Source of the DNA: Eledone cirrhosa
Taxonomy: Eukaryota
Reading direction: 5' to 3'
Assembly: GCA_964016885.1 (NCBI GenBank)
Contig: OZ024742.1
Coordinates: 276,272,001-276,336,000, forward strand
DNA: 64,000 nucleotides
Positions 26,693 through 39,124 of the stretch are shown here, piece by piece. The first letter of the stretch is position 1. Each line of letters opens with the position of its first letter. The position numbers were made by a program, and so were the translations under genes. The notes under the pieces are model-generated. The model was not told where the DNA came from. It saw only the letters and a list, made by a program, of their open reading frames with translations, and made no database searches.

Positions 26693-26841
26693 TTTTTGTC
26701 CAAAAGAAAGGGTGAAAGTTACTTCTACAGAAAAATTGACTTTGAAAGTCTACTGTCTGTTTATGAATATTGTTATTGTTGTTGTGATACAAATGTTAGT
26801 AAGTAAATGGGTATCGAAAAATAAAGGGTGAAAGTTACTTC

Positions 26842-27390
26842 AACATAAAAATTGACTTTGAAAGTATAAGGCTGATAATTGAATGTAAAAAGATTGAGAA
26901 GAAAGGCCCCCCCAAAAAAAATGTACAGGTATTTGTATGTATGTGTGTATTTTCATGTCGAAAAGAAAGGGTTAAAGTTACTTCTACAGAAAAATATAGT
27001 TTGAAAGTGTAAGGCCGATGTGTGTGTAAATTAAGTGACAGGTATTTGTATGTATGTGTGTATATGTATATGTATGTATGCATGCATGCATGCATGCATG
27101 TATGTATGTATGTATGTATGTATTAAAGGTTGAGTAACATAAAAATTGACTTTGAAAATATAAGGCTGATAATTGAATGTAAAAAGATTGATAAGAAAGG
27201 CCCAAAAAAAAAAATGTACAGGTATTTGTATGTATGTGTGTATTTTTATGTCGAAAATAAAGGGTTAAAGTTACTTCTACAGAAAAATTTAGTTTGAAAG
27301 TGTAAGGCCGATGTGTGTGTAAATTAAGTGACAGGTATTTGTATGTATGTGTGTATATGTATGTATGTGTGTATATGTATGTATGCGTTG
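26842..27390. repeat. About 294-bp direct duplication with (ATGT)n tracts in the Helitron 5' region
   Basis: AACATAAAAATTGACTTTGAAA...GTGACAGGTATTTGTATG starts at 26842 and again at 27136. Confidence 0.85.
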
Positions 27391-28391
27391 ATTGATTGAA
27401 ATTCCCGCGTTCTTGTTTCTATGACGTCAATCGCAACCATACCAACATATATGTGTGTGTATGCACCCACATATATGTGTGTATATGTTTTTTTCAATGT
27501 TTCTCTTTTTCACAAACACTTATAAGAGAAGGTAGCAATTTTAAGGGGAGGTGATGAAGGGAGTAGATATAGGAAACGTATATCATATGAGAGAGGAGAA
27601 ATCATCGATTGTTGAAATAAATCGATTTTTCCGTAATTGTGGCATTTTTTAAACCAATAAGTTCGCCCATGACCCAAGTTAGAATATTTGTAAACATTCT
27701 GCTTAATTATTCATTCAATATTTTTGGAATTGTGTAAATGTATAAAATTGAAACATACATACAGACACAAAAACCTGCCTTTTATAGATAATGATTCTAC
27801 CCCCTTTCCCTCACCCCTTCTCCTCCTCATTTGAAGCAGTATCTTGGTACAGAATAGTGTGTTATCATGTTTAGATATGATGAAAGTAAAATGATATTGT
27901 CCAAAATTATCATTATCGTTCTAAACGTGTATGGAATATATTGTTGCAAACATATTCCAAATCTTAGAAAAATGAGTTCATTCAAAACAAGCATCAGATT
28001 AAATGTAAAACAGTATTTAGTTGTTATGAACTCAAATGTCATCTAGGTTGATTTGACCTGTTATTCATCTCTTCAAGACGATAACATATCAGTAGTGAAC
28101 TAGAGTCAATGCTATTGACTATATGCTTCCGTTCTAACAACTAAAATTCTGCACAAGTAATAATTCAGTTCATAACCCCAATCTTTCTTTGGTTGGGAAA
28201 CATGGTAGAGGACAAAATAAAATGATTTGCAATATCTAATATCATCTTTCTCTTTTCAAAATTTATCTTTCAATAACAACAGAAGGCCTGAATAGTAATA
28301 GTAATACACTGTGACAAAATTCAATTAACTATAGCTACAAAAATTAATCTTAGGATTAATCTAAAGAAATTGTTTATTATATATATATCAC

Positions 28392-31300
28392 CATCATCAT
28401 CATCGTTTAACGTCTATCTTCCACGCTAGCATGGGTTTAGAAGGGAATTGTCCCACTTGAGGCAAGATTGGTTGTCTTGCTCGTATAGGACTGTCTGGCA
28501 AATCTTCTATGGCTGGATGCTCTTCCTAACACCAACCACGTTTACCGTGTTACCTACACGGTCACATTACAGCGTGGACTGTGTGTGTTTTTGTCGTGAC
28601 ACCTACACGACCTCATTTAGTTAAGACTGGATGTTGTGGTACCAACATAACATTACAGAGGTGGTGGTTTTGATGGGGGTGGGGGTAGAGTAGTGGGATG
28701 GGGTGTATTTTTGGTTAAGAGGTGCCTACTGACTGTAGGTTTCGCTTTGTACTTAGGCAAGGCGGGTCTTCTGTATTACTGCGTAGCGCCAAAGATCTCG
28801 GTCCAGTGACATTGTCTTGGAGATGTGTAAGTGTGTAAGGTCAGAATTTATCAAATCGTCCCAGGTTTTTCTGGGTCTGCCTACTCCGTAGCTTCCATCA
28901 ATTTTAATCGCCCTGCACTTTTTTATACAGCTGTCGTCTTTCATGCACATCACGTGACCATACCAACGTAGTCTTCTCTCGAGTAAACAGCATCTGATCC
29001 CTCTTATTCCTAATTTCTCACTTAGTTCATTTATGCTTTGCCGTTCACGTTTATTACTATTACACATCCAATGGAGCATGCAAGCTTCGTTCCTCTCCTG
29101 TCTGCGCAGATCCTCTGCACACAATGCCCATGTCTCACTGCCATGTAACATTGCTGTTCGTATGCAGGCATCATACAATCTGCCTTTCATTTTTAGAGAG
29201 AAACCTTTAGCGGCCAATAGTGGTAAAAGCTCTCTGAACTTTTTCCATCCCGTTCTGACTCTGGTTACTGTAATTTCAGAGCACTCACACCTACTGCTGA
29301 TTTTGTCACCCAGGCAACGGAAAGTGTCCACTATTTCTATAGAACCATCTGGGCAATGGAAGGAACTAGTATCCTGTGGGCATTTGCTACTTATTGCACC
29401 TGAGCAAATAGGAGGGGGCTAAGGACAACCATGATGAACACCAACTTTTACGCTAAATTCTTCACTATATTCGTTGTTAATTCTAACCTTGTTGACTGTT
29501 TCTTTATACATGGCTTGTATAGCTCTCACAAGCCATTCATCAATACCTAGTTTTCTAAGAGCCCACCAGATAATGGCTCTCTGATTAGTTGCACTATAAC
29601 TCTTTCTCTGACCTTCATGACCTGGTCAATTAATTTCCCCTATCTAGGGCATCTCCTTTACCCTTGTAGCAGTTAATGATGATGCTGCTACGCCAGTCAT
29701 TTGGTATGACCCCATTCTGTATGACTTCATTTACTATCCGGGTGACCATAGTGTGTCCCACCGAGCCAGATGCTTTCAGCATTTCAGCAACTATCTCCGA
29801 AGGCCCAGCTGCTTTGCCTGTCTTCATATCTTTGATTGCCTTACTTATTATACTACCTGCAACTTGCACTGCTGGTCCCTCTATTGGATCAATTTGGGGC
29901 AGACTAACTTTTTCCCTTTTATTTTCTTCATTTAGTAGCCTCTCGTGGTGACACTTCCAAGCTACCTTCTTATCAGTATCAGTGATGGCAAGTATACCAA
30001 CATCATTACGGACACACTTCTCCCCAACAATATCACGGTTTTCCTTGACACATTGTCTAGTAATCCTGAACACCTCACGTTTTTGGACCTCACGTTTTTG
30101 GTTCTCACGTTGTAGAACATCTCTGCTTCCCTTCTTGCAAAGTACACTTGTCTCCTAGCTTCCCTCCTGGCCACTTGATAGTCTTCTCTACTTCCCCCAT
30201 CCCGCCATACTTTCCAAGCTTGCTTTTTGGCCTTGATTGACTCCTCCACCTTACTGTTCCACCACCATGTTACTCTCCTCCTGCCTATAGGTCTGCTCCA
30301 GCCACAGATTTCATCTGTCGCCTTCAGCAGATTAACTTTCAGGAATTCCCACTGTTCCTCTATACTGTACGTCTCTAATTGCTCTTCCTTACTGTCAAAA
30401 GCATCAAGTAATATGCTTTTAAATTTGTTACTGGCTGTGGGGTCCTTTAACTTTCATATTCTTCTTCTCAGGGTAGTCCTCCTCTGTTGTCGAGTACGTC
30501 TCGTCTTGACTATGAGGCTATGTTGGGAGGTGCATTCTTCACGGGGGAGGGATTTAGTGTTTACAACAGACACTTTGTCTCGTCTTCTGGTAAGGATATA
30601 ATCTATCTGACTGGTGTGTTCCCCTGATCTATAGGTGATCAAGTGATTGTCTCGTTTTTTGAAGTTTGTGTTACAGATATATTTCTTTATTAGCCACAGG
30701 GGCACAAAAGAAGGGGACAAATACAAAGGGGGAAGTTTACATACAATAAAAACGTGTAAAATGTTATCACAGATGGAATTTAAAAGTTAGTCGATTTTCC
30801 CCAATAGAGGGAGACAGTTTATATGGGTAACACAGACCTCCGAAAAAAATGTGCAACCCTCATCTCCAGGAGTACGAAGAGCTTGTACTCCTTTCCTCTC
30901 CTCCTTCTTTTCCTCAACCTACAGGCTGATATAGAGAGAAGGCCCATTCACTCGGGCCATTCTCGCCACTTTCACCCACCTTTCATAAAACTTGCTGGGG
31001 TACAGCACCTCTCTCTCCATCCTGATTCTTCTTCCAAAGTGGTATTTGAAAAAAAGAATCAGTTTGTGTTACAGATAGTTAGGTTATTAGCATCACAGAA
31101 TTCCAGGATTCTGAAGCCTTCCTCATTTCTGGTACCAAACCCATAGCCTCCATGGATTCCGTTATAGCTGTCACAATGTTGTCCAACATGACCATTTAGG
31201 TCGCCAGTAATAATTATGTAGTCACTGTCGGTTAGTTGGGAGGTAGTGAGCATTAGCGACTCATAGAATCTGTCTTTTATAACGCCAGGCAGTCCAGATT

Positions 31301-31790
31301 GGGGTGTGTAAGCGGATATTATTGTCACAGCAGTTCTTATTTACGACAAGTCTTATTTTGATTATTCTATCGTTCACTCTATTTACGTCAATTACCTTAT
31401 CTACCCCTTTTTCTGCTAACATAATTCCTACTCCACCCAGCCCATTTTCATTTCCCACCCAGAAAAGTTTATAGCATCGTTTTTTACTCATAATGAATCT
31501 AGCAGACCCACCCCTCCACCTAGCCTCTTGAATGCAACAAACATCAACTTCCTTACGTTCAAGCATTTCTACAACCTCGATAGAGCGACCTTTTAAAGTG
31601 CCTACATTCATGGTACCAACTCTGAAGTTTTGGATTTCGTTTGGTGGGTGGAAGGGATGGGTTGGAGGCGCAGGGAGGGGTGAGGTAGATGGGGTTATGT
31701 TAGCCATCCGCGTCTGAAATAAAGAGGAGTCCTTGCATTCTTGTCCGGCAACATGAGGTGAATTTATCTTTATCTTTGACATTGTCATTT
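28392..31790 (-). mobile_element. RTE-clade LINE, near full span, with internal deletions and a nested insertion
   Basis: Endonuclease GTMNVGTLKGR...CCIQEARW, GDLNGHVG, SQIDYIL; RT N-part KAAGPSEI...YKGKGD; C-terminus RRLRWYGHV...GRPRKTW; (GAT)n tail at about 28392. The YADD region appears deleted near 29410. Confidence 0.9.
30680..31060 (-). mobile_element. Tx1/L1-type LINE 3' fragment nested in the RTE
   Basis: 17-bp TSD AGTTTGTGTTACAGATA at 30663-30679 and 31061-31077; minus strand FFKYHFGRRIRMEREVL...FYERW...* then AATAAA at the 3' end. Clade assignment is by motif recall. Confidence 0.7.
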
Positions 31791-31809
31791 GAGTGTCAAG
31801 ATTCTTCAT

Positions 31810-31930
31810 ACTATATATATATTTATATATACATACACAAGCACATATATATACACACACACACATACATACATTCATATATATATACACACACATATAT
31901 ACATACATACATACATACATACATATAGAT
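31810..31930. repeat. (TA)/(CA)/(TACA) compound microsatellite
   Basis: Direct reading. Confidence 0.9.
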
Positions 31931-31959
31931 ATACTCCGTCCTGTGCACACAGACTCGAA

Positions 31960-32250
31960 CATACATCTAGTAGGCATCTCTTAACCCCTTATACCCCCTT
32001 CCATACACCTCCCACGACCCAACACCCACCCACCCACTTCTGTCCACAGAATCCTTACACTGTAAAGTTGTGTTGGTATCACAACAGAAAGCACCAAGCA
32101 CACATTGTAAATGTGGTTGGCATTAGGAAAAGCATCCAGTCGTAGAAACTTTGACAGAAACAGTTCTGTATGAAAAAACAGGTTCACCTGATCCAACTTG
32201 CCTCTAATGGGACAACCCATGTTACTTAGCATGGGTTAGATGGGTTGTCT
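31960..32250 (+). mobile_element. RTE 3' UTR copy, inverted relative to the adjacent RTE
   Basis: AGTAGGCATCTCTTAACC...GGTTGGCATTAGGAAAAGCATCCAG is the reverse-complement homologue of 28440-28735. Confidence 0.7.
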
Positions 32251-34021
32251 CTGGGAATATTTTTGTATCTGTTGGCCTTTCTTTCTAGGACAAACTTAAA
32301 GCATATGGCTTGTATTATTGCCATAGAACTCCATGTAATACGAAAGAAAAAATTCTAACGAGATCAGGTAATAAGAGTTTTTGTTTTTATAGTAGGATAT
32401 CATTAAATTTGGTTTTGTTAAGCATTCAGCTAAAGAGTTATATATGTAGGTTGAATAATGAAATTTGTTTCTGATAAAGACCATGAGATGGATCTATTAT
32501 ATTGAAATTAATAATATGACTACTATCAATTAGTCACTATATAGATTTTTCATGGTCAATCAACTTTCCGATATGATCATAAGTGGAGAATATATTTATG
32601 AAGTTTTAATATTTCGATATTTAAAGTATTTTAACTGTCATTTAGAATATAGTTTTTGTTTACCAATTTTCAACCGTTTTGAAGGCCATATTCATTCAAA
32701 ACATCAAAAACAATAAGAAATATGAATTCCATGTCGAAACCGGTGTAATATTCTCTTTCAAAGCGAAACCGGTGTAATAATCAGCTCCAAAATAAAAATA
32801 TTTTAGCACCTCATTTACATAGAATTTTTAAGTTGGTGAAAATCAGCAAAATATTGCCCTCAAATATACAGACCCCCATTTTTACCATTGATTTTTCTTT
32901 TTCTTTTGTCACATATTTCTCAGCTTCACGTGTATATGGTAAGTTTCTACTTATATTAATGAAAGATATATATAGCGTTGAGAATGCAATTCAGTAAGGG
33001 AGAATGGAAAATTATTTTAATTAAATGCGGCTACATATATCATGTCAAAGATGTAAAGATTAGTCAATCAAAAGGGAAATACTCACTGTAAACAAGATTA
33101 TATCATATATATATAAAAAAAAATCAATAAAAAAAATCAAAGTATTTAGAGTATGGGGTTTTTTGACCAGAAGTTCATGCATGCACTTTCATCTTGTCAC
33201 AGGATTAAACAAAGAACATGACTCATCATCATCGTCGTTTAACGTCTATCTTCCATGCTAGCATGGGTTTAGACTATCAATATATTTAGACAGAGCTCTT
33301 AATTTGTAAATGAGTGGTTGACATTTAGAAAGACATCTAAGACTATTTAATTTTTAATCTACTTGAACAATATATACAAATATCTAAATTTCAAGAAACA
33401 TCTAAGTTTTGTTATATAGTAACTGATGAGGAGATTGTTTTGAAAGAAAGAAACACAAACCTGTTATTGTGGAAATGTTTTGTTTTTTTTAATTAATGGG
33501 TGCACCAATAAAAAAAATTTTTTTTAAATAAAAAGTTGAATGAACTTCCATTGGTTTCAGCTAAATGTTCCAATTATTTGGTCAACCTACTCATTAAATT
33601 AATGCGTTAAGTAGCTGAAAATTCCAGAAACATGCATCTTTAACCTTTAACATTTAGGACACTGAATAATTTTTTATGAATTGCTTCCCTTGATACTGCA
33701 TTATGTATTGAGGGGAGATTACTCTATCATGAATTATGTTGCCGGCAGCGCCCAGAAGATTAATGTAATTCTCAGAGAGATCCGGCATGACATAGTGCAT
33801 GACAAGTCTGGGTCTTTGAATTATAGGTATAGTCCATCTGAAGAGCTTTCAAAGAGTTTTTGTCTATCTAAGTTCATTCACTCACAAGGCTTGGGTTGAT
33901 CTGAGGTTAACTTAAATCTGTCCAAGATGTCATGAAATAAGTTCAAACCCAGAACCCAAGATTGAGAAGCAATCCTTAACCACTCAGACATACCTATATT
34001 TGGTTACATTAATATACACTT

Positions 34022-34208
34022 AATAATTGTTTCTACTTTTAGGCACAAGGCCAGAAATTACCCAGTACATTACTGGTACTTTATTTTATCGATCCCGTAA
34101 GGATGAAAGGCAAAGTTAACCTTGGCGGGATTTGAACTCAGACTGTAAAGGGACATAACTATGCTAGAAAGCATGGCGTCCAACCCTCTACCGATACTGC
34201 CAATTCAC
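34022..34208 (-). mobile_element. SINE family 1, full length
   Basis: Reverse complement of the 5255 copy. Confidence 0.87.
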
Positions 34209-36021
34209 CGATTTCTAATCTAGGTACAACTGCAGGAAGGGAAATCAAAAATTGTTAAAATATCTTGTGTATTATAGAATTATAACACATTTGTTGCACA
34301 TAAATTTTAGCAACTAACGAAAATTCTATGGAATACACACACACCAATAACCACATGCACAAGTGCGTACACAGGGATACATGTATATGCGTACACATAT
34401 ACATGTGTTTGTGTGCATATTCATGCACATGTGCATATGGACACATGTATACCCACCTTCACACACGTCCACCAACAACACACTTTACACACACACAGCA
34501 CATGCACCCCACCTTCACACAATCACCAATTACATAGATGTTCCCTTCACCTCGACCCCCCACCCCTGCACACCAAACCACTCCCCCATTTATCATAACT
34601 TCTCTTCCTCCCTCACTTTTATATTTTATTTTTTATTTTATTTTATGCATTCGTGAGTTTTATATCAAATAATAATATTATAACAACATTATTAATATTC
34701 GACTCATTTGCAAGCAAACAGCCTCATAATACTATGTATTTCAGACGACCATTGTCACTGATATAGAGGGTCATGTGTACACCACCAAAAATCCTGTCTT
34801 CATATAGAGGACCAAACCACTCAAGTTCTTCCCACTAGAATAAAAAAGGAATCAAAGGGGTTCATAAGTAAAAAATGGTTTGAGAACCACTGATGTAGAG
34901 GGTCATGTGTACACCACCAAAGATTCTGTCTTCATGTGGAGGGTTAATCCACACCAGTGTTTCCTTTTTAGCTTCTCTAGGCCAATGAAAACATTTCAGT
35001 TAATCCTTTTAATACCAGCCCCCCCCCCCCCACACCCCCACACCCCAGATCACATCTGTCCATATAAAAATGTATTAAATTAGATTTCTCTATCATAATT
35101 TTATGTGAGAACCTTTTCTTAAGTTAAGTCCCAGACAAAAGATAAATAATGGAGAAGTTTGTTTATTAAATTAAATCCTTCTATATCCTTTTTTTAATTT
35201 CAAATTAATTAAAACAGGCAGAGTATTTCTTTAGAAATATGATCATAAAAGGTTTACACAGTACCCCTACCATTTACAATAGTAGGTTGTCTCTCTCCAT
35301 TTACTGCCAGCCTCTTCTCACTTTTAAAGTTATCAATGCTGTAAAAGCCTTGCTTTTGTTAAGGAAACAACATAATGCTGACACTTCAATTTGTAGGGTA
35401 GCTCCTTAAGAACTCTACAAGGCATAAACTTTCATCTTATGTAATTTTAAAGTAAATAAGAACTTACTAGACATAAACTTTTCTGCTGATTTAATCACGT
35501 TAAATTGACATTATTCAATTAAGCGCATTATTAAATCTATCTTCTAATGTAATAAGTAAATACATATATGTAAACCTCACACCTCAACAAATATATCATT
35601 TCTTCCTACATTAGACTGAAGATATGAACAACAACAAGACTCAAAAATATATAGACATAACGTTGTGAATAAAGAAAACTTATATTTTTCTTAACTCTAA
35701 AGACTTTATGGCAGTAGCTATTAACAACAGTCTTGACATTCCATTAGTATTTTTAAAAAAGCTACAAAAAAATAGCTACAAGCATATATGTAGGAAATAA
35801 ATGAAAACAAAGCAAAAATATGTTCAGTTATTTTTGTGCATTTGACAACCACCAATGCCAAATATAATTCTAAAACTTGGTGAAAAAGCAGAAACAACAA
35901 GGAAACAGAGTTATAATAAATGTACAATGGTACATGTAATAGTAAATATTCTTTTAGAAAATAAATATTTAAAAAAATTGTTTATCTACAACTACAAAAA
36001 CTAGACTACTGCTATTAATGT

Positions 36022-36242
36022 TTAACCCTTTCATAACCATATTTGTAATGAAATACACTCTATTCCAATGAAGAATTTATGAGGGATTTACTAAAATGAT
36101 TCATTAATTTGTTACTTAAAACATATGGTTCTTATATAAAATTATGTTGAAGATTTTAATTTAAATTGGAACCCTATAAAATGGGTGGTTAGTTTCATGG
36201 AGCCTGGGGCAATTTTAGGTGGGTTAGTATCAAAAGGGTTAA
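36022..36242. mobile_element. TTAA MITE, second family (degenerate)
   Basis: TTAACCCTTT.ATAACCATATTT ... GTATCAAAAGGGTTAA; related copies near 9543-9777, 56291-56931, 62016-62498. Confidence 0.6.
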
Positions 36243-37029
36243 TTGCCACATTTAACTACTCTAATTGTATACTGAATAGTAATTTCTTGCAATCCACAAC
36301 TATTGGCAGCAATGTGAAGGTGACTAGGTATAATTTACACTATTTATCATTCATGAAACTCATGAACGAGATGACAAAAGATCATGTTGCCTTGCAACTT
36401 GCCATGCTAGAAAAGCTCCACCCACCAGTACAAGTACTGAAACACTAAAAGTAAATATGGCAAGAGATTGGAGAATATACGGAGTGGAAAGGTCCCTTTT
36501 AGCCTACAGAGAATATAACACTTTTCAGTACCCTCTGAAAAGTAGCAACAAATAAACTGAGACAGCATAGAATAGAGGAGATTCTTCTGTCTTGACATGG
36601 AATTGACAACCTCTCTAGTGTTGGTGCCATGATAAAATACATCATGTACAGTCTGTAAAATGGATGGCGATCTAATGGAGGCATAGGATAGAAAGGGTAG
36701 ATATGACTTTCAGTCTTGCCAAGCATATGATAACCTCTCTAGTGTTGGTGTCATGATAAAACGCACTCAGTACACACTGTAAAGAGAAAGTGCTAGCACC
36801 ATGATAAAATTCACCCAGTAGACTCTGTAAAGTGGTTGCCGTTAGGTAGGGCATTCAGCTATAGAAATCATGCCAAACTATGTATTGTGCATAGTTCTGC
36901 AACCGGTCTAGTCTTGAACTGACAACCTGTCCAACCTATGCCAACATGGAAATTGGATGCAACTTATGATGATGATAACAAATTGAAATAAAGGGCAAAA
37001 ATTATAGTGATCTTTTTATACAGGCAAAA

Positions 37030-37500
37030 TAAACAAAACTGCAGAGGAATGGAGATTGAAATGTGATGATTATGCCCATCTCAAATGCTTCTTTTAACAG
37101 AGAAGTTTAATGTTGGCTGTTCATGCAAACTCCTGTATGCTGATGATCTAATTTTTATAGCTGAAACTATAGAAGAGTTAGGGGCCAAATTTCAAACTTC
37201 AAAGTAAAACCTAGAATTGAAGGGCCTTAAAATAAACTTAGTAAAAACTAAGCTCTTAGCAAGTAGAAAAAAAAACGAGAATCTAATATAGTTGGGGAAA
37301 TGGCTTAGTTCAATACATCAAAAGGGAGTGGGCAGAAATTCCATAAGGTGCACACAGTGAAATCTATGGACACACAAAAGATGTAGTGGGACCATAGGCA
37401 AGTTAATGGAGAAGATATATGTTGCACATGGCAGATGCACATGCGACATAAGAACTAAGAGCATGTGGAGATAGGGTGCATGTATATATTTATAATTTTG
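37030..37500 (+). mobile_element. RTE LINE RT fragment
   Basis: LLYADDLIFIAE at about 37128-37165 followed by GLKINL..KTK. Confidence 0.65.
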
Positions 37501-37909
37501 AACCATACTACAACCATTTTAAAGCAAGTAATGACATTTGCTTATGACCCACATAAACAATGCAACCTACAGCTTAGTGGTTCAAAGGGGTTCAGTGGTA
37601 TACACCATACTAAAAGATAAAGTATGGGTTAGCATCAAGAAGGGCATTCTGGCCATAGAAAAGGTTTCATTCAAACATGTATAGAAAAGTGGACACCATA
37701 GACAAGTGGACACGATGCTGATGTTGATTATGAAAATTTAAACAGTATTTCATTCCCATATTAGATAATAGATTCAATCTCAGCACTATAAACAACAAAA
37801 ATAGATTAAATCTGAAAACAACTTAACGTCAAGTTATTTCTGTGTTTGAGACATTTGATGTTTGATTAATTAACCCACATGTAAATAGTTCATTATCATT
37901 ATTATATTT

Positions 37910-38118
37910 GTGTTGGTGGAGGATTGGCAAATTAGTAGAGCATCAGATAGGATGCCATTGCAGTATTTGTTCTGGTTCTTTATATTCTGAGTTCAAATCC
38001 CACCAAAGTCAACTTTGCCTTTCATCCTTCTAGGGTCAGTAAAATACTGAAATTGATTTAATCAACTTTTACATTTCTCCCAAATTTGCTGGCCTTGTGT
38101 TTAAATTAGAAACCAATA
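37910..38118 (+). mobile_element. SINE family 1, older long-tail subfamily
   Basis: B box, core and extended GATTTAATCAACT...CCCAAATTTGCTGGCC segment; further decayed copies at 38560-38960. Confidence 0.7.
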
Positions 38119-39124
38119 ATGAGTTAGATAATAAGTCAAACCAGGTGCCACACCTCATTATCATTTAATGTCCACTTTCCTGGCTAGTAAGGGTTGGACG
38201 AGTCTTCACAAACTGAGGCTGTATTGAAGCGAGGCCACTGGCCTCCCCAACAGGCTGAGGGGTTTGCATATCGCTTATAAATGGTTCCGCATTCTGCCAA
38301 GTGCATTTTATCATGGCACCAACACTAGAGAGGTTGTCATATATTTGACACAACTGGAGGGTCCTCATAACCTTTCGTTTGGCACACTTTCTACGGCAGG
38401 ATGCTCTTCCTAACACTAACCACTTTCCAGTGCATACTGGAAGCTTTTATTGTGTAGATCGCCAACACTGGCGAGGTTGTCATGTCTTTAATATAATTGG
38501 AGGGTCCTCTATTAAGCATTAAGCAGAATTTAGTATTTAGTTACAACTCTTTATATTCTGCTGAGGTTAACTCTGCCTCTCATCCTTCTAGAGCCAATAA
38601 AATAAAGTATTAGTCAAGTACTGGGGTTGATTTAATCAACTTTGCCCTTCTCCCAAATTTGCTAGCCTTGTGCCTCGATTAGAAATCAACAATTATTATA
38701 TTTATAATTATAACAGCAGTAATTGGTTGACTGGATTGACCAAATAAATTATACTGCTATTATTAAATAGCCCTACAGTATTTGTTATGGCTTTGTGTGC
38801 CCTGAATTCAAATCTTACTGAGATCAACTTTGCCTTTTTTTTTTTCTTCCTTTTAGTTGGTAAAATAAAATAGCAGTTCAAAGCAGTTGATTGGAAGAAT
38901 TGTTAGGGCATTGAACATTGATGCCTTGCAGTATTTCTTTCAGACCTTTGCATTCTGAGTGCACCTACAACAATACTGTTGACAAGCTATAACAGTCCTT
39001 ACCTTAAACGAAATTGGTGACAAGAAGGGAGACTTGTACAGATGGGCAACTGCTATTCTTCCACAAAGAACTTTGCCAAAAGAGGAACTTTCCATGAAGT
39101 TTCATGGGTCATATGAAGGTCCAA

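Larger units (their letters stand above)
24376..27788 (-). mobile_element. Helitron, internally deleted, both termini intact
   Basis: 5' A|TCTATAAAAGG at 27788; 3' hairpin CCCGAGAAACGCCGGG then CTAG|T at 24376; contains RepHel N-terminus and PIF1 helicase fragments. Confidence 0.9.

Noticed and set aside
26181-26831. 216-aa plus-strand ORF
   Set aside because: Antisense shadow of the Helitron N-terminal coding region.
32289-32367. Plus-strand exon-like segment (tttctag...TCAG|gtaata)
   Set aside because: Isolated, with no partner exons; lies in a probable DNA-transposon remnant with CCGGTGTAATA repeats.
39003-39095. ATG-initiated minus-strand frame MESSSFGKVLCGRIAVAHLYKSPFLSPISFK ending at AAG|GTAAGG
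   Set aside because: Ends in phase 0 whereas exon A needs phase 1, and it is not signal-peptide-like.
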